Origin: Parcubacteria group bacterium GW2011_GWF1_45_5
GTDB taxonomy: Bacteria > Patescibacteriota > Minisyncoccia > UBA6257 > Brennerbacteraceae
Assembly (NCBI GenBank): GCA_001001795.1
Contig: LCLB01000004.1
Span: forward strand, 1-36,435
Length of the DNA stretch: 36,435 nt
Direction: 5' to 3'
Numbering within the stretch: position 1 is the stretch's first letter; each line of letters opens with the position of its first letter. This document shows positions 28,438 through 36,435 of this stretch, piece after piece. The notes beneath the pieces are model-generated. The model was given only the letters and a program-made list of their open reading frames with translations. It ran no database searches and had not been told where the DNA came from. Both the position numbers and the translations under genes were made by a program.

Positions 28438-29913
28438 TCACACCCGGTGCTTTGTCTTTATAACCTCTTCTTGAACGCTCTCAAATTCCTGCCTCGTACG
28501 CTCCGCCCTCCCTATCAGCGTCGACAATTCATCATCAGTACGCGCATGTAATTCCTGTACACGATTCAATAAACATTCTTTCGTATTGAAACGAGAATCC
28601 TGTAAAACCTCTTCCAAAAGTAATTTCTGAATCCAGCCAACGCGGGGCCCGGGCCCGATTCCCAGTACCTTCATGATATCGGTGCCGTTTATCGCAAGCA
28701 TCTTGGGAGAAATCGGATCTTTACGCACCTTGTCGATCATAAACAGCAAATGGCGCAACCGGTACGGCTGGGCTTTAGGGACCCCTGATCCAATCCGATC
28801 CGCTTCGCGCAGCTGGATAAACTCGTCGAGGTGTTCCGCCCCTACACGACTGATGAATCTGCGCACGCCCGCCTCGGTCACCTCGCCGACATTATAATAG
28901 AACATGTGGTAGCGGATCAGATGGTATACCTGATCGGCGATTTCGCTGGAAAATTTAAGGCGACCTAATGCGTCACGGGCAATGCGGCTACCCACTGCAT
29001 CGTGACTGTAAAAGGTTGCATTCTCGCCTGATCCGGATTTCGTTGCCGGCTTACCGACATCGTGCAAAAGCGCCGCCAACCGAACTACCAAGGAATATCT
29101 TTTCCGTGCGGCGTAATCAAGCGTACGGACACTGTGTTCCCATACCGTATAAATATGATGGTGGTTCTGGTCCACTCCGATTCCCGAGACGACCTCGAGC
29201 AGAACATAGGGAAGCAACCCGTATTTTTCCAAAAAAATCATACCCTGGGCGGCATTATCGGTCATGATGATTTTTTCGAACTCATCCCGGATACGTTCTT
29301 TCGCAATATGCTGGAGTAATAACGCATTGCGCACGATCGCCTCTCCGGTCTCATGCTCAAGCGTAAAATCAAGTTGGGAAACCATCCGAACCGCCTTTAT
29401 GAGGCGCAGGGCGTCTTCCTGGAACCGTTGGTCGGGATTGCGTACCGCCCGCACCAATTTCTTTTTGAGATCATTTTGTCCGTTGAACGGATCGGTTATG
29501 TTTTTCGGCACCTTTTCGGCCATATCCAAAGCAATGGCATTAATCGTAAAGTCCCTCCGGGATAGATCCTCTTCTATGGTTTGGGCGAACTTCACCTTAT
29601 CGGGATGGCGATGATCGCTGTAGCGGCCTTCCGCACGGAACGTGGTCACCTCAACAACTTCGGTAGCACTGTTTCCGCTCCTGGTTTTCACGCCGACGGT
29701 ACCGAATGCATTTTCATAGACGCTATCGGGAAACAGTTCCTGGATGCGGTCGGGAGTCGCACTGGTGGCAATATCCCAGTCTTTGGGTCCGCCAGCTGGC
29801 GGACTTTCCAATAACATATCGCGCACGCACCCCCCCACCAGGTATGCGGAAAAACCGGCTTCAATAAGCGTTTTCCCTGTTTCGCGGACTTCTTGTGGGA
29901 TAACCCATTCCAT
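28438..29913 (-). CDS. cca: CCA tRNA nucleotidyltransferase / poly(A) polymerase family with HD domain
   Basis: YLVGGCVRD, DWDIAT, RRDFTINA, EDALR, ERI..E, LLHDVGKP; start moved to ATG 29913 because the longer ORF overlaps tRNA-Arg. Confidence 0.92.
   Translation of the reverse strand: MEWVIPQEVRETGKTLIEAGFSAYLVGGCVRDMLLESPPAGGPKDWDIATSATPDRIQELFPDSVYENAFGTVGVKTRSGNSATEVVEVTTFRAEGRYSDHRHPDKVKFAQTIEEDLSRRDFTINAIALDMAEKVPKNITDPFNGQNDLKKKLVRAVRNPDQRFQEDALRLIKAVRMVSQLDFTLEHETGEAIVRNALLLQHIAKERIRDEFEKIIMTDNAAQGMIFLEKYGLLPYVLLEVVSGIGVDQNHHHIYTVWEHSVRTLDYAARKRYSLVVRLAALLHDVGKPATKSGSGENATFYSHDAVGSRIARDALGRLKFSSEIADQVYHLIRYHMFYYNVGEVTEAGVRRFISRVGAEHLDEFIQLREADRIGSGVPKAQPYRLRHLLFMIDKVRKDPISPKMLAINGTDIMKVLGIGPGPRVGWIQKLLLEEVLQDSRFNTKECLLNRVQELHARTDDELSTLIGRAERTRQEFESVQEEVIKTKHRV
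29787..29804. repeat. perfect 18-bp palindrome within cca
   Basis: gtccgccagctggcggac, encoding the SPPAGG segment. Confidence 0.85.
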
Positions 29914-29930
29914 AGATAAAATCCGATCAC

Positions 29931-30005
29931 TGGTGCCCCCGCAAGGAATCGAACCTTGATCTCTAGTTCCGAAGACTAGCACTCTGTCCATTGAGCCACG
30001 AGGGC
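29931..30005 (-). tRNA. tRNA-Arg(TCG)
   Basis: GCCCTCG/CGGGGGC acceptor, anticodon arm CTAGT-CTTCGGA-ACTAG, encoded CCA. Confidence 0.96.
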
Positions 30006-30042
30006 ACATCAGCATCTTAGCGCGATAGACCGTTATTCTCAA

Positions 30043-30070
30043 GAAAACTCCCTTGTAGAAGGGAGTTTTC
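30043..30070. terminator. Rho-independent terminator after Hsp20
   Basis: gaaaactccctt-gtag-aagggagttttc. Confidence 0.8.
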
Positions 30071-30074
30071 AGAT

Positions 30075-30524
30075 TTACTCTTTTCCGATTTTGAGTTTCT
30101 TGCTCCGTTTCTTTTCCACGCGCGGAATACGTACGGTTAAAATTCCGTTTTTGATGGTCGCCTCGGATTTATCGATGTCAATATCAACCGTGGGCAAAGA
30201 TACGGTTCTTGAAAAAGACCCCCAATAACACTCCTGATAGAAATAATCCTTCTCGTCGATAAGCTCTTCGCGCTCGCGTTTGCCGCGAATCGTAATCATG
30301 TCCCCTTCTACCGACACGTCCAGATCCTCTTCGTTTACTCCGGCAACCGGAGACTGAATAATCACGTACGACGGTGTCTGGAACACATCGATAGCAAGTT
30401 CCCCTTCAGGTTCGCCGGAAAGTAAAGGAGAAGGTACCTCCATGTCCTGTGCTATTTCCATGCCTATTTCGGGAAGAGACGCTCCCTCTGCTTCTTCTGT
30501 CTTTGTTTGATTTTTCCTCAACAT
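30075..30524 (-). CDS. Hsp20/alpha-crystallin small heat-shock protein
   Basis: LAIDVFQT, AGV..EDLDVS, ITIRGKR, ECYWGSFSRTVSLP, A.IKNGILTVRIP. Confidence 0.95.
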   Translation of the reverse strand: MLRKNQTKTEEAEGASLPEIGMEIAQDMEVPSPLLSGEPEGELAIDVFQTPSYVIIQSPVAGVNEEDLDVSVEGDMITIRGKREREELIDEKDYFYQECYWGSFSRTVSLPTVDIDIDKSEATIKNGILTVRIPRVEKKRSKKLKIGKE

Positions 30525-30566
30525 AACAATGTATTATTTTATACAGTATATCATGATTCCCTTCTG

Positions 30567-31307
30567 TTATGAATTTTTATCCATTGGCGGGGAGTATACG
30601 GTAAGGGTCACGGGAACGGAAAGCTTGCGCAGCTTCTCGAAATCACGAAGCTCGAAGATGCCGACCACCAGAATGAAAACAATCGAAATGTCCACGATAA
30701 GTTGGTTATGGGAAGCAAGGGTTAACACATTGTAAAGGGCGTGGATGCCGCCGGCCGCAAGAATCCCCACCGCTATCCCGCGCCATGATTTTTTATTCAC
30801 AATCCCTTGCGCCCAGAAATATCCCGCCATGCCCGAACAAACCGCATGAAGAAGGTTGGCGCTCACGAAACGCAGCATCGCCAGATTTACAACATCAAAC
30901 GCGGTATCCGAAAAATTTCGCAGATACAGAATATTTTCGGCAAACGCGAATCCCAGTCCGGCGACTACCAGATAAATCATAGCGTCAATCGGCTCGTCAA
31001 AAACGGGATTCTTGTGCAATAACAGCCGTATCGAAACGAACTTCACAATTTCTTCAATGAATGCGGCGCAGATGATGAACGCATACGATCCCATAATCAC
31101 CTGGATCGGAGCATCCAAGCTATGGGAAAGTATTGAAACCGTACTCCGCTGCATGACATACACGATTCCCACCGACACGATGCCCAACACGAACGCAACC
31201 ACCAAAAGCGGTTTCGGCTCGGGATGGGTATCTTCGCGGATATAAAACACAAGCCAGGCAATATTCGGTATAAAAGCGCATAAAATAATCAGAAAACCAA
31301 TAAACAT
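30567..31307 (-). CDS. prsW: PrsW-family intramembrane glutamic protease
   Basis: D.HPEP, IEEIVK, GLGFAFAEN, R......LLHA, HALYN. Confidence 0.92.
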   Translation of the reverse strand: MFIGFLIILCAFIPNIAWLVFYIREDTHPEPKPLLVVAFVLGIVSVGIVYVMQRSTVSILSHSLDAPIQVIMGSYAFIICAAFIEEIVKFVSIRLLLHKNPVFDEPIDAMIYLVVAGLGFAFAENILYLRNFSDTAFDVVNLAMLRFVSANLLHAVCSGMAGYFWAQGIVNKKSWRGIAVGILAAGGIHALYNVLTLASHNQLIVDISIVFILVVGIFELRDFEKLRKLSVPVTLTVYSPPMDKNS

Positions 31308-31320
31308 ACACGGTCAAAAA

Positions 31321-33477
31321 TTACGATTTTGTTTTGTATTTCGGCCACGATTCGGCGATAAGCATTGTTTTCTTCCCGTACGACATACGTTGCCACATGG
31401 CTTCGGTGACAAACGGCATGAACGGATGCAAAGCCTTGAGAATGTCCCGGAACACGCTGTGGGCGATGCCCAACGACGGTTGAGGAATATATACTTCCCC
31501 TGTTTCAGTTTTCTTTTTTATGCTCTCCAGATACACGTCGGCGAATTGATGCCAGACAAATTCATACAAAATCTCCGCGGCAATATTGAGTTTATATGAT
31601 TCAATGGCTCTGGTGGCCGTCTGCACGGTCACGGCCAATTGCTTCATGATTCTCCTGTCGTGAACCGTTTTGTTCCGTACTGCCGCCCTGGTTTTACTAT
31701 CATCGGTATTGATCGCCAAGAGCCGGCCGATGTTCCAAATCTTATTGGCAAAATTCCGCTGTCCCTTTATTTTCTGCTCGTCAAAGTTAATATCGTTTTC
31801 AATAAGCCCTCCCCACACCAAACTCATGCGTAAGGCGTCGGCGCCGTAACGGCCGATCATCTCCAGGGGATTAATGGCATTCCCTTTTGATTTGGACATT
31901 TTTACGCCACGGATGTCGCGCACCAAACCGTGAAGCACCACGGTTTTGAACGGAACCTTGCCGGTCGAGTAGAGTCCGATCATGATCATGCGCAACACCC
32001 AGAAAAACAGAATATCGTATCCTGTTTCCATGACGCTGGTCGGATAAAATTGTTTAAAATCATTGGAAGACGGTTTTGATTTCGACAAACTTTGTGTCAA
32101 TAAAGTGGCGAATGGCCACTGTCCGGAAGAAAACCAGGTATCGAAGGTATCGGTATCCTGATGAAGGTCGGCACCCTTGCATGAAACACACCGCACAGGC
32201 TTCTTGCCATCCGTAACGATCCACTCCTGACAGTGCGCACACTGCCAGGCCGGGATGCGCATGCCCCAAACGATCTGGCGACTGATATTCCAGTCCTCGA
32301 TATTCTTGAGCCAATGATAAGAAATCTTTTCGAAACGCCTGACCGGAAAGACAACCTCTTTGTTCTTTATCGCTTTCATCGCCTTTTCGGCAAGCGGCTT
32401 CATTTTAATGAACCACTGCTCGGAGAGCATGGGCTCAATCAGACTCTGGTGCTTGTAACACACCCCCACCACGTGGGTAATCGGTTCGGTCTTAAGAAGC
32501 AGACCCGACTTTTCCAAATCACCGACCACCGCCGCACGAGCCTGATCCGCTTTCATGCCCTTATAAGCATCGGGTACGTTTGTCATCCTGCCGGCACCGT
32601 CGATAACCGTGATTGCTTCAAGATTGTGCTTTTTCCCCACGGCAAAATCGATCGCGTCGTGGCCCGGAGTTATCTTCAATGCTCCTGTGCCGAACAACGG
32701 ATCAACCAGACTGTCTTCGATAATAGGAATGCGCTTGCCCGTCAGAGGAATGATTGCCTGTTGCTCAAGAAGATCTTGCTTGCCTTTGCTGGTAGGATGA
32801 ATCGCTACGGCAACATCGGCAAAGATCGTCTCGGGCCTTGTGGTCGCAATTTTCACCGGGCCATAATCCAAATAATATAAAGTATCGGTACGCTCCACTG
32901 AATCGACTTCGAGCTGGGAAAGATTGGTGCCGCATCTGGGACAATAATTCACAATACGCTTCCCCCGGTACAGCAACCCGTCTCGGTGAAGCTGAAGAAA
33001 GGTCCGGTACACCAGGGCAATAATCTTGCGATCCAAAGTGAAGGTATTCCGTTCCCAATCACACGAAGCCCCCAGGGCGCGTAATTGATTTTCCATGTCT
33101 CCGCGGTTGGCGGCAACGTAGTCCCAGATCATCCGATACAGCGTCTCCCGGTCGAAATCGAAACGGCTTTTCCCTTCTTTGGCGAGTTTTTTCTCGAAAA
33201 CATACTGGGTCTCGATGCCCGCGTGATCCGCTCCTGGCAGCCATAATGTTTTGTCACCTTTCATCCGGTGATAACGGATTAAAACGTCTTCAATAGTAAC
33301 AAACCGGGCATGGCCGGCATGAAGACTTTCGTTGGCGTTGGGAGGCGGCATAATAATGCAAAATGGCGACCCGTCTTTCTTAGAAACTGGTCTAAACGAT
33401 CCCGACCTCTCCCATTGCCGGTATATTTTTGTTTCGTACTTTGAAGATTCGAAATTTTTGGGAAATTGTTTTGGCAT
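31321..33477 (-). CDS. valS: valine--tRNA ligase (short form lacking the C-terminal coiled coil)
   Basis: MPPPN, HAGH, DHAGIETQ, TTRPET, DWNISRQI.WG, DTWFSS, KMSKSKGN; alternative ATGs at 33480 and 33486. Confidence 0.96.
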   Translation of the reverse strand: MPKQFPKNFESSKYETKIYRQWERSGSFRPVSKKDGSPFCIIMPPPNANESLHAGHARFVTIEDVLIRYHRMKGDKTLWLPGADHAGIETQYVFEKKLAKEGKSRFDFDRETLYRMIWDYVAANRGDMENQLRALGASCDWERNTFTLDRKIIALVYRTFLQLHRDGLLYRGKRIVNYCPRCGTNLSQLEVDSVERTDTLYYLDYGPVKIATTRPETIFADVAVAIHPTSKGKQDLLEQQAIIPLTGKRIPIIEDSLVDPLFGTGALKITPGHDAIDFAVGKKHNLEAITVIDGAGRMTNVPDAYKGMKADQARAAVVGDLEKSGLLLKTEPITHVVGVCYKHQSLIEPMLSEQWFIKMKPLAEKAMKAIKNKEVVFPVRRFEKISYHWLKNIEDWNISRQIVWGMRIPAWQCAHCQEWIVTDGKKPVRCVSCKGADLHQDTDTFDTWFSSGQWPFATLLTQSLSKSKPSSNDFKQFYPTSVMETGYDILFFWVLRMIMIGLYSTGKVPFKTVVLHGLVRDIRGVKMSKSKGNAINPLEMIGRYGADALRMSLVWGGLIENDINFDEQKIKGQRNFANKIWNIGRLLAINTDDSKTRAAVRNKTVHDRRIMKQLAVTVQTATRAIESYKLNIAAEILYEFVWHQFADVYLESIKKKTETGEVYIPQPSLGIAHSVFRDILKALHPFMPFVTEAMWQRMSYGKKTMLIAESWPKYKTKS

Positions 33478-33511
33478 CATAACCATTATACCACCGCCCC
33501 GGAAAAACATT

Positions 33512-34606
33512 CTATGAAAATCTTAAACCGGCATCGGCATCAAGCGCATCGGGATCATCGCGTCTGCCCAGGGTATAACGGATATACCCCGCGGCGGCAA
33601 TCATGGCAGCATTGTCGGTGATGAACGGCCTTTCGGGAAAATAAATCGGCACGGATATACCACGCTCAATCGCAATCTTCTTCATATACTTCTGTAAATA
33701 TGAATTTGCGGCCACCCCGCCTCCTATTAAAATTGTTTTGCTCCGGTACAAGGCAGCTGCACGCAAAGTTTTATCAACTAAAACTTTTACGATGGCGTGC
33801 TGAAAGCTTGCGGCAATATCGCGCTGCAATTTTTGTTTGGACAACGAAAGTTTTCCTGAAAACGTATACCCATGGTCACGCAAAAAATAAAGGAGGGATG
33901 TTTTAAGGCCCGAAAAGCTGAACTGGAAATTTTTGGCGTGAATCAGCGGTGAAGGAAACGGAAACGCATACGGATTCCCTTCTTTTCCTAATCGATCGAT
34001 TGCGGGGCCGCCAGGGTACCCAAGATTCAATAACCGCGCGCCTTTGTCGAAACACTCTCCTGTGGCATCATCGAGCGTCTCTCCCAAGACCTCATAACTA
34101 GCGTGATTTTTCATAGAAATAAGGCAAGTATGGCCGCCACTCACGATTAAGACCATCGCGGGGAACTTTATGAAAGATCTTTGCTTATTACCCGTTGCTT
34201 TTTGTTTTAAGTCATCAAGCCAGTTGGAATAAATATGCCCCTCCATATGATGAACGCCGACCAAAGGCTTCTTTAATTCTTTCGCTATGCGCTTTGCGAA
34301 CGAAACGCCCTGGGCCAACGCGGGCAATAATCCGTAACCGTAGGTAACCGCGATAACATCAATTTCTTTGGCAGGATCAATAATTTTCCCGTACCGGCAA
34401 GCAAGCTTGAAAATGCGCGGCAGATTTTTCTGATGCTCGCGCGCCGCAAGAACCGGAACCACCCCGCCATAGCGGGCGTGAAGTTTTACCTGGGAAGAAA
34501 TAATATTGGACAGAACAGAAAATCGGGGTTGCCGAGTACCGCCCTGCGCCTTAAGAACCGCCACTGATGTCTCGTCGCAACTGGTCTCTATGGCCAGAAT
34601 TTTCAT
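33512..34606 (-). CDS. tsaD: tRNA N6-threonylcarbamoyladenosine transferase TsaD
   Basis: ILAIETSCDETS, GGVVP..A.R.H, HHMEGH, SGGHT, DD..GE.FDK, FSFSGLKT, GGVAAN, DNAAMIA. Confidence 0.97.
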   Translation of the reverse strand: MKILAIETSCDETSVAVLKAQGGTRQPRFSVLSNIISSQVKLHARYGGVVPVLAAREHQKNLPRIFKLACRYGKIIDPAKEIDVIAVTYGYGLLPALAQGVSFAKRIAKELKKPLVGVHHMEGHIYSNWLDDLKQKATGNKQRSFIKFPAMVLIVSGGHTCLISMKNHASYEVLGETLDDATGECFDKGARLLNLGYPGGPAIDRLGKEGNPYAFPFPSPLIHAKNFQFSFSGLKTSLLYFLRDHGYTFSGKLSLSKQKLQRDIAASFQHAIVKVLVDKTLRAAALYRSKTILIGGGVAANSYLQKYMKKIAIERGISVPIYFPERPFITDNAAMIAAAGYIRYTLGRRDDPDALDADAGLRFS

Positions 34607-34722
34607 ACGAATTACAATATATACTGGTTACGCGCACAAACACAATCCTACCGACTCTCGCCCCGTCAAATGCGAAGCATTGTTCGGGGTCTCTATGGCG
34701 AAAATATTCATATCAATTAATG

Positions 34723-34794
34723 TACCGCTACGGAGAATCGAACTCCGATTTGCGCCGTGAAAGGGCGCCGTCCTAACCGTTAGACGATAGCGGC
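34723..34794 (-). tRNA. tRNA-Glu(TTC)
   Basis: GCCGCTA/TAGCGGT acceptor, anticodon arm GCGCC-CTTTCAC-GGCGC, GTTCGA; CCA not encoded. Confidence 0.96.
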
Positions 34795-34861
34795 AGCACC
34801 GAAACAAAGTTTCGCGTAGGTCATTATACCAGTAGAACTCCCTGATGTATACTATACATAC

Positions 34862-36435
34862 ATGAGTCACTTGAACGAACCGTCATATCTGCGATTGGGA
34901 CGATCCACTGAGCTTAAGCGGTTGCCTGATCGGATGTTTTTCAGATTTTTGGAAATGCTTCCCGGCCTTATGGCCTGGGGCACCTTTGTATTGCTTATTC
35001 TCGGGTCATGGATTTCTCCGGGCATTACCGCGATCATCCTGATTGCCTTTATATCGTTTTGGTTTTTACGGACAATTTATTTTTCGGTTCTTTTATATCT
35101 GGGATACCAAAAAACGAAACAGAGTATCGCGACCGACTGGAATGATCGCCTGCGCTCACTGTCCTTCCCTCCTAAAAAAATCCCTTCCCTCACCTCCATC
35201 GACGATCTTTGGCACCTGGTCGTCATCCCGACTGCCCATGAACCATACGAAGTTCTGGAAGGAACCCTTCGGGCAATCGCCGGTACGGCGTACGATCAAA
35301 AACGGATTATAGTGGTCGTCGGGTGCGAAGCCCGTTTCCCTGATTCGGCTCAAGAAAAACAAAAACTGATTACCGAAAACTTTTCCGATACCTTCTCGAA
35401 ACTCATTATTACGATTCATCCCGAGAACATCCCCGGCGAGTTAAAAGGGAAAAGTGCTAACCAATCGTTCGCTATCCGACAGGCACTACGCGAAGTTGTC
35501 GATCCCCGCAAAATCCCTTATGAACATATTATTGTTTCGGTTCTTGATTCCGATACCCGCGTATCACAATACTTTTTCAGCTGCCTTTCCTGGCACTACC
35601 TTACCTGTCCACACCCATTGCGATCAAGTTTCCAGCCCATTCCTTTATATACCAATAATATCTGGGAGGCGCCGATTATTTCCCGTATCCTCGCGTTTTC
35701 CACGACCTTTTGGCAGATGATCCAGCAGGCCCGTCCGGAAGCCCTGATTACCTATTCCTCCCAGTCCATCGGCCTGCAACCGCTTTCTGAAATAGGGTTC
35801 TGGCAAGAAAACATTGTCTCGGAAGATTCGCGCATCTTTTACCAATGCCATCTGTATTTCGACGGCGACTGGCGCGCCATCCCTTTGGCCATCCCTGTTT
35901 CCATGGACGCGAACGTCGCCCCGACGCTTCGGGAGACCGTATACAACATATATAGACAACAACGGCGATGGGCGTACGGGGCGGAAAATATTCCTTATCT
36001 TTTGTACGGATATTCGAAAAACTCCCGCATCCCGTTGGGTAAAAAAATACGACACGGGTTCTCCATGATCGAGGGGTTTCATTCGTGGAACACCCACTCC
36101 ATCGTTCTCCTGGTAGTGGGCTGGCTTCCATTATGGTTCGGCCCAAAGAGCTTTTCGTTCACCCTTCTGTCGTACAATCTTCCTCAAATTGCCGGAACAT
36201 TTATGAGAGTCGCGCTTATCGGTATCATGCTCACCGGTTATCTTTCAATGACCCTTATGCCCCGTAAAAACGGAAAACTATTGTTAAAAGAAAAAATGGG
36301 ATTGATGCTGCAATGGATCCTCGCCCCTGTCAGCGTGCTGCTCTCTACCATCCCTGCACTCGATGCTTCAACCCGGCTCATGTTTGGTAAGTACATGGGC
36401 TTCTGGGTAACTCCGAAACAAAAAATAAAAAAATA
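34862..36435 (+). CDS. membrane-bound processive-type GT2 glycosyltransferase (stop codon just beyond the window; missing from the ORF track)
   Basis: Manual translation from ATG 34862: TM helices, GKSAN, DSD, EDSRIF, QQRRWAYG, C-terminal TMs, FWVTPK; window ends with an in-frame TA. Confidence 0.88.
   Translation, partial: MSHLNEPSYLRLGRSTELKRLPDRMFFRFLEMLPGLMAWGTFVLLILGSWISPGITAIILIAFISFWFLRTIYFSVLLYLGYQKTKQSIATDWNDRLRSLSFPPKKIPSLTSIDDLWHLVVIPTAHEPYEVLEGTLRAIAGTAYDQKRIIVVVGCEARFPDSAQEKQKLITENFSDTFSKLIITIHPENIPGELKGKSANQSFAIRQALREVVDPRKIPYEHIIVSVLDSDTRVSQYFFSCLSWHYLTCPHPLRSSFQPIPLYTNNIWEAPIISRILAFSTTFWQMIQQARPEALITYSSQSIGLQPLSEIGFWQENIVSEDSRIFYQCHLYFDGDWRAIPLAIPVSMDANVAPTLRETVYNIYRQQRRWAYGAENIPYLLYGYSKNSRIPLGKKIRHGFSMIEGFHSWNTHSIVLLVVGWLPLWFGPKSFSFTLLSYNLPQIAGTFMRVALIGIMLTGYLSMTLMPRKNGKLLLKEKMGLMLQWILAPVSVLLSTIPALDASTRLMFGKYMGFWVTPKQKIKK

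Noticed and set aside
29914..30042. N-terminal extension of cca in the ORF track
   Set aside because: It overlaps tRNA-Arg; the family-like sequence begins at ATG 29913.
31321..31400. valS as a truncated pseudogene
   Set aside because: All catalytic and anticodon-binding motifs are present; short ValRS forms lacking the C-terminal coiled coil are known in reduced genomes.

Overview
This looks like a 36.4-kb fragment of a Patescibacteria (CPR/Parcubacteria-type) chromosome using the standard genetic code; the taxonomy is inferred from gene content and style, not from a search. (1) 1-~7400 is a visibly AT-richer mosaic island: exported/membrane proteins, a trypsin-like protease, DUF2726, a truncated VOC gene, an intact IS1595-family element (24-bp TIRs, 7-bp TSD), a transglutaminase-like gene and an alpha/beta hydrolase with an in-frame TAG. 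(2) 8.6-15.5 kb is a surface-glycan-like locus with an unusual NAD-epimerase/PLP-decarboxylase fusion, a methyltransferase, a frameshifted YfhO-like GT-C protein and a GT2. (3) tRNA-Val, RluA, rplS, tRNA-Leu, a small orphan cassette, a vWA protein and tRNA-Pro; tRNA-Leu and tRNA-Pro are preceded by 5'-tRNA fragments. (4) 19.2-28.4 kb is a seven-gene cell-surface cluster (two cohesin-like proteins, a dockerin protein, a DUF916-like protein, a WxL-like subunit with its own consensus promoter, an adhesin-like protein ending in the same domain, and a Pro/Glu-rich protein). It is interrupted by a ~320-bp IR-flanked GIY-YIG mini-element with a reconstructable empty site. (5) Housekeeping genes: CCA-adding enzyme, tRNA-Arg, Hsp20, PrsW, valS, tsaD, tRNA-Glu and a GT2 running to the window end. 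The best candidates for an undescribed system are the GIY-YIG mini-element with its possible palindromic relics, the cohesin-dockerin/WxL putative filament, and the SDR-decarboxylase glycan locus.
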